64,000 nucleotides of DNA from the NCBI GenBank assembly GCA_905178155.1, contig CAJINV010000023.1, positions 393,610-457,609 of the forward strand. The letters are read 5' to 3'. Below, one piece after another: positions 1-12,500 of this stretch. How positions within the stretch are numbered: position 1 is the first letter of the stretch; each line of letters starts with the position of its first letter. The notes beneath the pieces were generated by a model. That model was not told where the DNA came from. It ran no database searches and saw only the letters and a program-made list of their open reading frames with translations. The position numbers and the translations under genes are program-made. Origin of the DNA: Amoebophrya sp. A120. Lineage: Eukaryota; Protista; Dinoflagellata.

Positions 1-130
1 TTGAACCACTCCCCTTTCTTTGTGGCAAGCGATTCCGGCAAGCGTTTCCGGTCCGGGTTTTTCAGCGGTATTGAACCACTCCCCTTTCTTTGTGGCAAGC
101 GATTCCGGCAAGCGTTTCCGGTCCGGGTTT
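1..130. repeat. 70-bp tandem repeat (about 1.9 copies visible, truncated by the window start)
   Basis: ttgaaccactcccctttctttgtggcaagcgattccggc.. at 1 and 71. Confidence 0.85.
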
Positions 131-530
131 TGCGTTTATCTGGGGCTGCCCTCCGGTACCTTGCGGCCGGAGTTTCGTCCCCTGCAGGGTCTTCAAGCAG
201 TCCCGGCCATCCCCTAGCGCCCGCCCCTCCCCCTCTGCCCTTCGTTTGTGTTCCTACATCAAGCCCGGGCGGGCCCGCGGGCGGAAATGAAGTGCCCGGG
301 GTTGTGAAGTATGAAAAGCGGCGCGCGTTTCTCAGGGGCCGTGGCCCCTCCCGGGGTTGGTGGCCGAGCCGCTTCCGCTCGGTCGCCCAGCCCCTATGCT
401 TTTTTTCGCCTGGTTCAACCTCGGTTGAGTGGGGAGCTCTCTCACCCGGGGCCCCCCTTGTCGAGCATGAAGATTGTCCCGCTTCAAATTGCCAGAGCCA
501 GCTAGCTACGCGCCGCGTTTTCGCTGCATA

Positions 531-3500
531 TTCGTGCTACACGCGGTCGCGGTTGCAGTGTGCAGCCCGTCCGGCTTCGTCCCTGACCTCGTTCCGAAAG
601 ATAACTGCAGCGCTTCTGCTAAAGTGTTGCCCCCCCTTCTCAGCGACCTGCTCACGGTGCTCCTTTTCGCTTGCGACAAGAAGTTTTTGGACCCCACGAG
701 CCGGGATTTTCTGCATCGGTCGCCGCTTGACCTCGCGTTAATGGAGGGCAACTTCGCTGCTTCTGCATCTGCTGCTTTGGAGACAGACGTAGGAGCCGAG
801 CAACAACTTCAGAAACCACATGGGAATGCTTGTCGTTTGTTTTGCACGATTCTAGCGGAAAAGCTTGCGAGTCTCGCTGGAAACAGCAAGTTGCAGCACG
901 ACAAGGACCACAGTGACAAAGCGCGACGAGAGGAATACACGCCACGCCAAATTCCCTCCTCCTCCTGGCACGAGAGCGGGGGTCTCCGCGTTTTGCCCAC
1001 TCTGTCGCAGACGCGGAACAAACTTTTTTCGCTGAACAGCCTGGAGCAGGATATCGTACGAAAAAAGTGCTTCACTGTAAGGATTTTGCAAGTTTTGCAT
1101 CACAAGTTCGTTACATATGACCAAGAAAACTCGCCATGCGTGCTTTCTAAGGCAAAACACGCTGAAAAACCCAGCGTCTTGCATGTGTAGCAAGACAAAT
1201 AGTTGTGCGCTCCATTCTATGCGTCACAAGTTCACAGTGAAGCAGTTTTTTAGTGCGATCCAGGAAGTTGCACAGGGGGGCCGCAACATGGTGTCCAATA
1301 CGTCCGTCGAGCGCTTTGCATTCCGTTCCGGGTTCGAAGACCCTGCTGCTGCGAATATGAGTGGCGCCCCGCTGGTGCAGGCAATCGGAGGTGGCAGCAC
1401 AGCACAACAGCCACCGACGCGCGGTGTGGAGGCTGCTACTATGCGACAAGAGGCGGAGAAGCAGTGGAAAGACTACGAAGTGGTCGAGCTCTTGGTCTCG
1501 GTGCCACCTCCACCTCCTGCAGCAAAAGGTGAAGATGCTGTTGCAGCTCCTGCGGGTCCGACCACGGACGCGAATCTAGTCCCTCCAAGAACTGACGGAG
1601 CAGGTGCAGCACCTATCATCACAGGGACAAGAACTCCAACCGCCCAAGGGGAAAGTGGACCACAGCTGACCACAGTCACCGGTTCTACTGCGTATCCAAA
1701 CTTTGTCGAGCCACCCGCTATATTAGGCCAAGAGAAGAGTCTATCGTGAGAAAAAAGTGGTTCACTGTAAGGATTTTGCAAGTTTTGCATCACAAGTTTG
1801 TTCTACATCACAGAGAAAATTTGCCATGCAAGATTTCTAAGGGAAAGCACAGCTAAAAATTACTGTCTTGCATGTGTAGCAAGACAAATACTTCTCAGAT
1901 GCATTTTCTGCATTACAAGTTTACAGTGAAACAGTTTTTTCTTGCGATAGAGTCGAGAGCCTAGCGACACGCTAGTGTACGGCACGCTGCACCACTTGCA
2001 AAATTACCGGAAATATCAAATGTAAAAATGTCTGGGTCTGGAAGAATGCGCGACTTGTCATGCAGATTTCGGCTCATGCAAATGGCGTCTGATGCAGGCA
2101 AAAGCATCACAGGTTTTGAGCACGCATCATGATGCCTGTACCGCATGAGAAACTTCCTACTTGCGTGCCAAGAAATGGACAGCTTTTGGCGCTCATGCAA
2201 CATAAGTTTTTGTGTGTTCCACGGTTTGCATCACAAGTTCCAACCCTTCGAGACCCAGACACTTTTACATTTGATAGGAAAAAGGAGAAGAAGCCGCCCG
2301 CTGGCGCGTCGACGAGGATGTTGCGGCCAAGTCCGGTCGCGCTCGGAACGACGGCCGAAGACGCAGAGCAGATCGGCTTGCCTTATGCATGGCAAATATG
2401 TCTGGGTCTGGAAAGCTGCAACTTGTAATGCTGGCCTTACATTCCTGTGAAATCTTCTGTATTGCATGACCAACAAAAGTCGCAGCCATTTTTGTCGTGC
2501 AGGAACGCAGCTTCTCTTCATGCGGGCTGCCTATGAGAAAGAGTCCTGGAAAGGTGTCATGCTGGGCTGCATTCGGACGTGTTTTCATCATCCACATTTT
2601 AGCATCACAAGTTTCCAGAGCCAGACATATTTGCATTTGATATACCTTTGTATCAAACCATTGTGGAGCCCGATCGGTATTGGACGACAAAGCCGCAGCA
2701 AGGTAGCCCGGATGCAGTGGTGCTTCCTCATTCAACATCTTCTGCTGCGAATGTAAAAGTGGCAACTTCTACCCAAAAGCGCAACCCGCTTCCGCCGGCC
2801 ATCCCGGTGTTCGCGGTCCTTCCCTCGTCCGTGGTACAATGGCGCGCCAGAGCGCTGTTCGTTGCTGCCTGGCACGAGTGCAGTCGAGAGGAAGTTGTTA
2901 GCGCACAGCTCCACGTGGTTGATACAGTGGCGCATCCGCAGGCGGGGACCACGACAGGGACAGCAGCAGGGGATCATGATAAAAGAAAAACTATGGCTGA
3001 CAAACCTGCCAAGACCGGCACAGCCGTCCAGCGAGCTGCCCGGGCCCTACTGAATAGCAACATGCAGAGGTGGCAGCGTGCGGTGAACGATTGTTGCTTT
3101 CCGATTTTCCCCGCCATCGGCTGTTTTCGCAACGTGCGCTTCTTCGACAGTAGCACGATGGTGCTTGCGGTGAAACGAAATCACGTACGCGTTGTGGAGC
3201 TAATCGTCCGAGAGTGGTTGCGAACCTGGGCACAAGTGTCTCGAAATATCAACCGAAATGCCTGCAGCTCCGACGAACGAACTACCCAGAGTGGAAGAAA
3301 GAAAAAGGGGGCCGCCGCGAAATTATTGCAAGTCCAGGAACGGTTCGCGTTGCAATTGCTCGTGCAGAATTCGCACGCCGGACACAGCCCTCTCTCCCTA
3401 GCCATCGAATGCGGGGCAGAGGATGTCGTGAAGTTTTTCTTGCGCGCGGGTTCTTGGTCCCAGGAGGCTGCGTATGACTTTGTTTCCGCGTCACTGGTTC

Positions 3501-6500
3501 ATCCTGGCGCGAAGGCGAGCACCCCTCCTGTCGCGAGCAGTTCGGGTGCTAGCGGATCGGAGGAGGGTGAGAAGAAATCAAAGGCCTCTCTACCACACAC
3601 CGTGAAGTACAAATCCATACTCGAACATTTTGTCGTCTTGCAACTGCGCTACACGTTCTACGAGCTGCTACAGAAATTTCTGCAGGCGACAAAGTTTGTC
3701 TTACCGCCCTCCTCGTTACCGACGCCGGGGGAGTCGGAGCGGACAACACCGCGGGAGTTGGACATCAAGGACGACTTGAAAATGGCGTCGCACGACGGCC
3801 AAGAAGTAGATGGAAAGACAGACAATGTTCGTGAGAGAACTCCTCGCAGGAGGACCTCCACGGGCGATGGCCACGCGGACCCTGTGCCAGAAGATCAAGT
3901 TCCCGAGGCCGGTGAAGAAGAAGAGGAAGACAAAAATGCCAAGTCGTCGACTTTCCAGCTGTTGCAGCGAGCCGTTGCGGTTGCTAACGTGAAGCAGCAC
4001 CTTGACGATACTTCGAAGTCGCTCATTGATCTGGCGGAGCGGTATATATCCTGTGCAAAAGTATCGTTGTCGTATTGCAATCATGCATGCAGTAATCTGT
4101 GTTGTCCTATGCTGAGTTGCTTTTTTGACTTTTTTTTGCGCAGTTCCTGGCGCGATCTGAATTGTCACAATATAGCTCATACGTTCGACTTTCGTCTTTG
4201 CTACGTTTTCTTCGTGAATCCTTACTGTTTTGCCGCTTTGGGTTTCACGTATGACGGGGGGCGCGTCATATCCCGCAATATTAGCGGCCGCCTTTTCGGG
4301 GTCGTCATCGCGTGATGATCATGCGATTATCACGTGATGAAAACAACTCAGAATGGCTTATGCACAACAAATATCATGTGATTATCATGTGATTACTCAC
4401 GTGATTATCATGTGATCCGCGCAGGCTTAATTGTTCGGGGCCCAAAGCATGGCACAACGGGTAAAAAGCTGCATGCGCTGCGTTCTACCGCAGCCAGTTT
4501 GCGGGGGTCCTGCCAAGGAATGCTCTCCCGGGCCCTGGGCATGGACCATGCCCATGGTTGCGCGTGTGGCGGGGCAGCGTTCCGAGCAAATTGCCGCAAG
4601 CCTCCCGGTCTCACTATTTCGGCACGTCTCGCGCCTGGCATAACCCATATAATCGCTTGCGGGCGTCCTTCCCCCCCGCCCCCCCCCCGGGCCCTCTTTC
4701 GCATGCTGCCGTGCATGCGAAATTAGGGCGCGCGCGCTGCCTATTTTCGCTTTTGCTTTAAAGCAGTGCTACTGCTATGCGGAAAACGTCGGCACGCACG
4801 CACACTGCCCGTCGCGCCATAGGCCTAGCGCCCGCGCAGGCTTCCCGCGCTACCGGCCTTGTAGGGCGAGCGCTTCTATCGAAGGCGCCTGGAAGCGTGC
4901 CGGGCCCTTCAATTTCCGTGGACTGTTGTCTTCTTGCTTCAAAGATTGCCAGCGGCTTTTGCCGGGAAATATATTTCCGATCGACTGAGATAGGCTGCTT
5001 TGTCTTTCTGCGCTGAATTGCTTCGCTTTGTGACAATTCAGCTGCTGAGCTATTGCCTCCGTTTCTGGGCAAATACGACACAAGGTCCGCCATTTTCGCT
5101 TTTGAAGAAATTGGCTGCTGAAATGCTTTGCTCGCTGTTTTCGGGTTTTCGTAATGCGATACGATGTAAGGTTTGCTGGATTCTTAATAGTATTTGGGTG
5201 CAATTCATCCTATACGACAACTCATCTACCTGCATGCATTACAAATCTTTTTCTTAAGGTAAATCTGCATTACAAATTTTATTTCTCTTGCTGAAGGAAT
5301 TTGTAATGCATTTATACGGCTACGATACTTGTTTTGCAGTGCATAGTATATCCATTTTGCCGATCTGAACTTGCAAAACGTGGAATTGAAGGGCGCCAAT
5401 GTCATCCGCATGAAAGAGCTGGAAAGCAGCAATTCCGGAAGGGTTGTAGCAGGAGAAGGCGGTAAGATGATTTTGGGCGAGCTGTCGGGGGCCGCGCCGG
5501 CTGGTCGTCCGCAAGCGACATTAATATCCTCGGTCGAGAATGATTATCCGAAGACACCTCAAATAAACGCGGGAAAGGTCGTCGCGAAGAGCGTCGAAGC
5601 TGTTCCATCAGTGATACAACCGACTGGAGCAGCAGGCGAAGCCGTAAATGCCTCAGCCGCAAATCAGAAGCCCCCAGCAGCGGGGGCGCAAACGACTTCC
5701 CAACTGGTCGTGAAGCGGCGAAAGTGGCCCCCCGTGATTCTGACCGGTCCGAACTTGGGCCATCTAGAGCAGGCTGAAGCCTTGATCGATAAAGCGCTCA
5801 ACGAAAATATGGATTGCAAAAATGTCTGGGTCTGGATGATTGCAACTTCTCATGCTGAGTCTGGATCATGCAAAAATTTGTGTTGCATGATTACCAAAAG
5901 ATGTCCGCCCTTGACCAGTTTGATAGGGAGTTTCTCATGCAGGATAGGCATGATAGACACCCCACAGCATCTGTCATGCTAGGTGCTGCATGCCAGGCCT
6001 CATGGGTCATGGAAAATCTGCATCACAAATCTTGCATTCTTCCAGACCCAGACATATTTGCACTTCATAGAAAAAAAGTCCCGACAGTTCGTGGAGTATG
6101 CAAGGAGCGTCGCGAAAAAATACGAAGGCCTTGTGCTACCGGATGAGATGATGGTGATGTCATTGTCAAGTGATAATATTAGAGGCCCTTATGAACTGCA
6201 AAAGTATCGTACTCGTAGTAAGTATTGCAATACAAATTCGCTTAGCATGACAAATGGAATCTGTCATGCTGGTTTAGCGTGAAAAAGAAATTTGTCTTGC
6301 ATGACTGCGATTAGTACGAGTGCGATACTTTTGCACAGGATAACCCTGTTAGTAGTACCAAACCAAAAAAGCAGACGCCCTTTTCAGACCAGGAGCTGGC
6401 CGTGTTGCGGGCATTGTTTTCGTCCCCGCTGCACACGGCGGTGCGGAAAGACGATGATACTGCCGTCGTGGAAATCTTACGGTTTCTAAATGGAGGCAGT

Positions 6501-9500
6501 GCGAATGCCACTACTTCGCCACAAGAAGGAGAAGGAGAAGCGGGTTGTGTGAAGAAAACCACGACTGCAAATTCGAATGCGGGCGCAGCTATCTCCGCCA
6601 ATCTCGCCGCCTCGTTGGTGAAAAAAGTGCTCGTCCTTCCGGATTATCAGGGGCGCAGCATTCTGCATCTAGTGTGCAACACTGCAGCACCGACGTCCAG
6701 GGACACAACCGTGAATCCTGACCCTGCAAGCACTTCAGCGGCGGGGGAACCACAAGCTGCAACGACGGCAAGCACAAAAATCCGGCGCGCGCTCCTCGGA
6801 CTTTCGGTAATATCTGGCGCTACTAATGCAGGATTGCCTTTGATGCTCGAAAGCACGAGCGTAAAAATACGAGACGAAGAGAATAAAGACAGCGAAGGAA
6901 AAAAGATCCCAAGCGAGAACTCAGGCTCACCGCCAGGCCAACAAGAGGATGAAGATGAACTGACTTTCGGAAATAAGCTGTGGTCTAGCTTTCGCCAGGA
7001 CGACGGGCGGGTGCCCCTGCAGTATCCAAGAAAAAAACTGTGTAAGTGCAACTTTGTGTTGCAGAAAATGCAAAACTGTATACACGACTTGTCATGCTGG
7101 ACATGCATCAGAGGCTATTTTCATACGTGTTTTTAAGTACTAGCTACGCATGACACGTTTTCTGTGTCACGCAGAGCAAACTTGTGATCCTATTCCTACA
7201 AGAAACTTACACTAAAACAGTTCTTTCGTTCCATATGCAGCTTGCGGCGGCCAACGGCGTCGGTGCGGAAGATCTGTTTTCCGCGGAGTTCGACGGGTAT
7301 TGTGAGGAAAAATGTCCCCACCAAAGAGTTCGAGTTGTCATGCAGATTTGCAGCTCCAGGAAGATTTGTAATGCGCATCCCCATGAGAGGCATTTCCAGT
7401 CGCGTTTTGCACTTTGTAATGCTGTCGACAGGATAAGTAGATGGAACAGTGTTGCGGATGTACTTGCTAATCTGCATTACAATACAACAGAGACGAACTT
7501 GTCATGCTTGACCCCCAAAACTTCTCGATTTGTGTTGCGAGATCCCCAGCTTGACTCTGGTGTGGTGACGTTTTCACTCACGATAACGGGAAACTCGACT
7601 TCACGGTAGTCACGCGAACCAGGAAGAATTCTTTACTACACACCGCCGTGCTGCATGAACGGCTGTCTATCGTCCGCCAGCTTTTGGCGAAGGAGGAGAA
7701 ATATTTCCCGTTGAGCCTCTTGAACTCGTCCAACACCGATGGCAACACGGCACTGCTGATCGCTATCACAAACGCAGGATCATCTTCGGGAGGTGACGGC
7801 GCTGCCGCGTCAAGAACTGGTCGTGGCGGCGACAGCATCATGAGCGGTTTGCCTGAGCCTGGAACAAAAGGTGAACTCCAGAATACGACAGCTGCTTCCA
7901 CCACAAACGTCGGAATCGAGCTTGCGCTGGAGATCTGTCGGTCCCTGGTGGCCCGCGGTAAGGCTCTTGAGGACAAAGAAAGAGAAAGCAACAAAAATGT
8001 AGTTGTCCCCATCGCCGGTGACCCCCGCTCGGGGGTCACAGCTTCATCGACATCTCCAGCCGCGAACACCAAGAACGCTATCTTGTTGAACCGGCTCCGG
8101 AGGAAACAAACCCTGGCTTTGCTAGAGCTGTGCCGCACGCGGCGACACGGCTCGGCCGCGCTGCTCGAGCTCGCTGGACTGCTCGCAGACTCGGGTCGAC
8201 TGGATCACGAAGTGTCGTCTTCGGAGAGGTCCGCGCTGCATTTCTGTGCCGAGGTCGGCAATTGGGAAATCATGGAGGTTCTTTTATCGCATGGCGCCAA
8301 CTATCCTGTGCAAAAGTATCGTACTCGTATTGCAGTCATACATTACAAATCTTTTTGTTAAGTCAAATCCGCATTGCAAATTTTATTTCTCATGCTGAGG
8401 AAATTTGTAATGCATTGGTACGAGTGCGATACTTTTGCACTTGATACCAACGTGAATGCGCAAGACGCGAAGGGGCTCACACCACTGATGATCGCGGTGA
8501 AGAGTAAGGACGTGGAATTTTGCAAGCGTATGCTCGCCGCCTGCGGCATCGCGTTTTTGGACCTGCAGGAAATTAAGCAAGTGCGAGGACCGGGGCAATT
8601 AACGCAGAGAAAACTACAAACGAACGCGCTTGATGAAGCTGCACCTGGGACGAAGAAGTCATCGTCAGCACCGCCTGCATTGGATCTGTCTTTGCAGGAC
8701 TATGAGGACAAAAATCTGTTCATTCACTTGTGTGCCGCGGACATGCACGAAGTCCTGCAGGCGTTGCTGAGCAGCGAACATGATTCCACGTCGGCGTCGC
8801 GGTTTTGGGAGCTCGAAGTGAAGCAGCTCGACTTATCCATTGCAAATATGTGGCCACAGGCTTCGGAGGAAGATTGCAAGCGAAAAGCGTGCCCGATGTA
8901 TGAAGAAACGCGCGATCGCGAAGGATCCTTCGCTGCGACGGACGCGGCGGCAGGAGCTTCTGGGCCGGGTCTGCTGTCGCTTTCGGGGCCCGCCCGCTTT
9001 TCGGGCTCGTGCCTTCTGAGAAAGACCAAAAAAAACACACGGAGCACGACCTAAGGGCGTCCAGAGCTTTCGGGCCGGGGCTGTTGTCGTTTTCGTTGTC
9101 CGCCCGCTTTTCGGGCTCGCGCCATCTGAGAAAGAGCAAAAAAAACGCGCGGGATGCGGCCTAAGGGCGCCCAGAGCTTTCGGGCCGGGCCTGCTGTCTT
9201 TTTCGGGGTCCGCCCGCTTTTCGGCCTCGCGCTTTCTGAAAAAAAAAACGCACAGAACACGACCGCAGGGCTGCCAGAGCCTTCGGGCCGGGCCGGTTGT
9301 CGTTTTCCTTCGGGGTCCGGCCGCTTGTCGGGTGGGGCTCGCGTCCTCTGAGAAAAAACAAAAAAAGCGCGCAGAGCACGACCTGAGGGCGTCCAGGGCT
9401 TTCGGGCCGGGCCTGCTGTCGCTTTCGGGGCCCGCCCGCTTTTCGGGCTTGCGCCCTCTGAGAAAGAACAGAAAAAGCGCGCAGGGCACGACCTGGGGGC

Positions 9501-12500
9501 TTCGAGGGCTTTCGGGTCGGGCCTGTTGTCGCTTTCGTTAGTTCTCGGATTTTGCTGCAAGCTCTGTCGCTTTTTCGGCAGGCCCTTCGACTTTTCAGCG
9601 AGCCTCGCTGGCCACTTTTTGAGTGGGCTGGCTCCCCGACTTTTTCAGCGCGCCCTATTGGTCATTTTTTCAGAGGCTAGGCGCTCCGACTTTATCAGCA
9701 AGCGCGGGCGCTTCTTCGGTAGGCTGTCCGATTTTTTCACCGAGCTCGGCCAGTTTTTCATTAGGCCCGGTCTCCGACGTTTTCAGCGAGCTCTGTCACT
9801 TTTTCCGTAGGCTCTCCGACTTTTTCAGCGAGCTCTGTCACTTTTTCCGTAGGCTCTCCGACTTTTTCGGCGAGCTCTGTCACTTTCTCCGTAGGCTCTT
9901 CGACTTTTTTAGCGAGCTCTGTCACTTTTTCCGTAGGCTCTCCGACTTTTTGTCATTTTTTCCGTAGGCTCTCCGACTTTTTCCTTGAGCTCTGTCACTT
10001 TTTCCGTAGGTTCTCCGACTTTTTCAGCGAGCGCTGTCACTTTTTCCGTAGGTTCTCCGACTTTTTCAGCGAGCGCTGTCACTTTTTCCGTAGGCCCTCC
10101 GGCTTTTTCAGCGAGCTCTGTCACTTTTTCCGTAGGCCCTCCGACTTTTTCAGCGAGCGCTGTCATTTTTTCCGTAGGCTCCCCGACTTTTTCAGCGAGC
10201 TCTGTCACTTTTTCCGTAGGCCCTTCGACTTTTTCAGCGAGCGCTGTCATTTTTTCCGTAGGCTCCCCAACTTTTTCAGCGAGCTCTGTCACTTTTTCCG
10301 TAGGCTTCCCGACTTTTTCAGCGAGCGCTGTCACTTTTTCCGTAGGCCCTCCGACTTTTTCAGCGAGCTCTGTCACTTTTTCCGTAGGCCCTTCGACTTT
10401 TTCAGCGAGCGCTGTCACTTTTTCCGTAGGCCCTTCGACTTTTTCAGCGAGCGCTGTCATTTTTTCCGTAGGCTCCCCGACTTTTTCAGCGAGCTCTGTC
10501 ACTTTTTCCGTAGGCTTCCCGACTTTTTCAGCGAGCGCTGTCACTTTTTCCGTAGGCCCTCCGACTTTTTCAGCGAGCTCTGTCACTTTTTCCGTAGGCC
10601 CTTCGACTTTTTCAGCGAGCGCTGTCACTTTTTCCGTAGGCCCTTCGACTTTTTCAGCGAGCGCTGTCATTTTTTCCGTAGGCTCCCCGACTTTTTCAGC
10701 GAGCTCTGTCACTTTTTCCGTAGGCTTCCCGACTTTTTCAGCGAGCGCTGTCACTTTTTCCGTAGGTTCTCCGACTTTTTCAGCGAACGCTGTCACTTTT
10801 TCCGTAGGCTCTCCGACTTTTTCAGCGAGCTCTGGCACGTTTTCCGTAGGCTCTTCGACTTTTTCAGCGAGCTCTGTCATTTTTTCCGTAGGCTTTCCGA
10901 CTTTTTCAGCGAGCTCCGTCACTTTTTCCGTAGGCTCTCCGACTTTTCCCGCGAGCTCTGTCATTTTTTCCGTAGGCTGTCCGACTTTTTCGGCGAGCTC
11001 TGTCATTTTTTCCGTAGGCTGTCCGACTTTTTCGGCGAGCCCTGTCGCCTTCTCCGTAGGCTCTCCGCCCTCTAAGAAAGAACCAAAAATGGAAAAAAGC
11101 GCGCAGGGCACGACCTACGGGCGCCGAGAACTTTTGGGCCGGGCCTACTGTCGCTCTTTAGCTTCCTTTCGGGGTCCGGCCGCTTTTCGGGCTCGCGTCT
11201 ATCTTCTGAGAATGAAAGAGGAAAAAAACCGCGCAGGGCCCGACCTAAGGGCGCCGAGAGTTTTCGAGCCGGGCCGGGTGCCGTTTTCGGGGCCCGCCCG
11301 CTCGTCGGGCGGGGCTCGCGTCCTCTGAGAAAGAACAGAAAAACCGCGCAGAGCACGACGTGAGGGCGTCGAGGGCTTTCGGGCCGGGCCGGCTGTCGCT
11401 TTCGGGGCCCGCCCGGCCGCTTTTCGGGCTCGCGCCCTCTGAGAAAGAACAGAAAAAGCGCGCAGAGCACGACCGGAGGGCGTCGAGAGCTTTCGGGCCG
11501 GGTCTGCTGTCGTTTTCGGGGCCCGCCCGCTTTTCGGGCTCGCGCCCTCTGAGAAAGAACAGAAAAAGCGCGCAGGGCGCGACCTGAGGGCGCCGCGAGC
11601 TTTCGGGCCGGGTCTGTTGTCGCTTCCTTTCGGGGCCCGCGCGCCCGCTTTTCGGGCTCGCGCCCTCTGAGAAAGAACAGAAAAAGCGCGCAGAGCACGA
11701 GCTGAGGGCGTCGAGAGCTTTCGGGCCGGGTCTGCTGTCGCTTTCGGGGTCTGCCCGCTTTTCGGGCTCGCGCCCTCTGAGAAAGAACAGAAAAAGCACG
11801 CAGAGCACGAGCTGAGGGCGTCGAGAGCTTTCGGGCCGGGTCTGCTGTCGCTTTCGGGGTCTGCCCGCTTTTCGGGCTCGCGCCCTCTGAGAAAGAACAG
11901 AAAAAGCACGCAGAGCACGAGCTGAGGGCGTCGAGAGCTTTCGGGCCGGGTCTGCTGTCGCTTTCGGGGTCTGCCCGCTTTTCGGGCTCGCGCCCTCTGA
12001 GAAAGAACAGAAAAAGCACGCAGAGCACGAGCTGAGGGCGTCGAGAGCTTTCGGGCCGGGTCTGCTGTCGCTTTCGGGGTCTGCCCGCTTTTCGGGCTCG
12101 CGCCCTCTGAGAAAGAACAGAAAAAGCACGCAGAGCACGAGCTGAGGGCGTCGAGAGCTTTCGGGCCGGGTCTGCTGTCGCTTTCGGGGTCTGCCCGCTT
12201 TTCGGGCTCGCGCCCTCTGAGAAAGAACAGAAAAAGCACGCAGAGCACGAGCTGAGGGCGTCGAGAGCTTTCGGGCCGGGTCTGCTGTCGCTTTCGGGGT
12301 CTGCCCGCTTTTCGGGCTCGCGCCCTCTGAGAAAGAACAGAAAAAGCACGCAGAGCACGAGCTGAGGGCGTCGAGAGCTTTCGGGCCGGGTCTGCTGTCG
12401 CTTTCGGGGTCTGCCCGCTTTTCGGGCTCGCGCCCTCTGAGAAAGAACAGAAAAAGCACGCAGAGCACGAGCTGAGGGCGTCGAGAGCTTTCGGGCCGGG

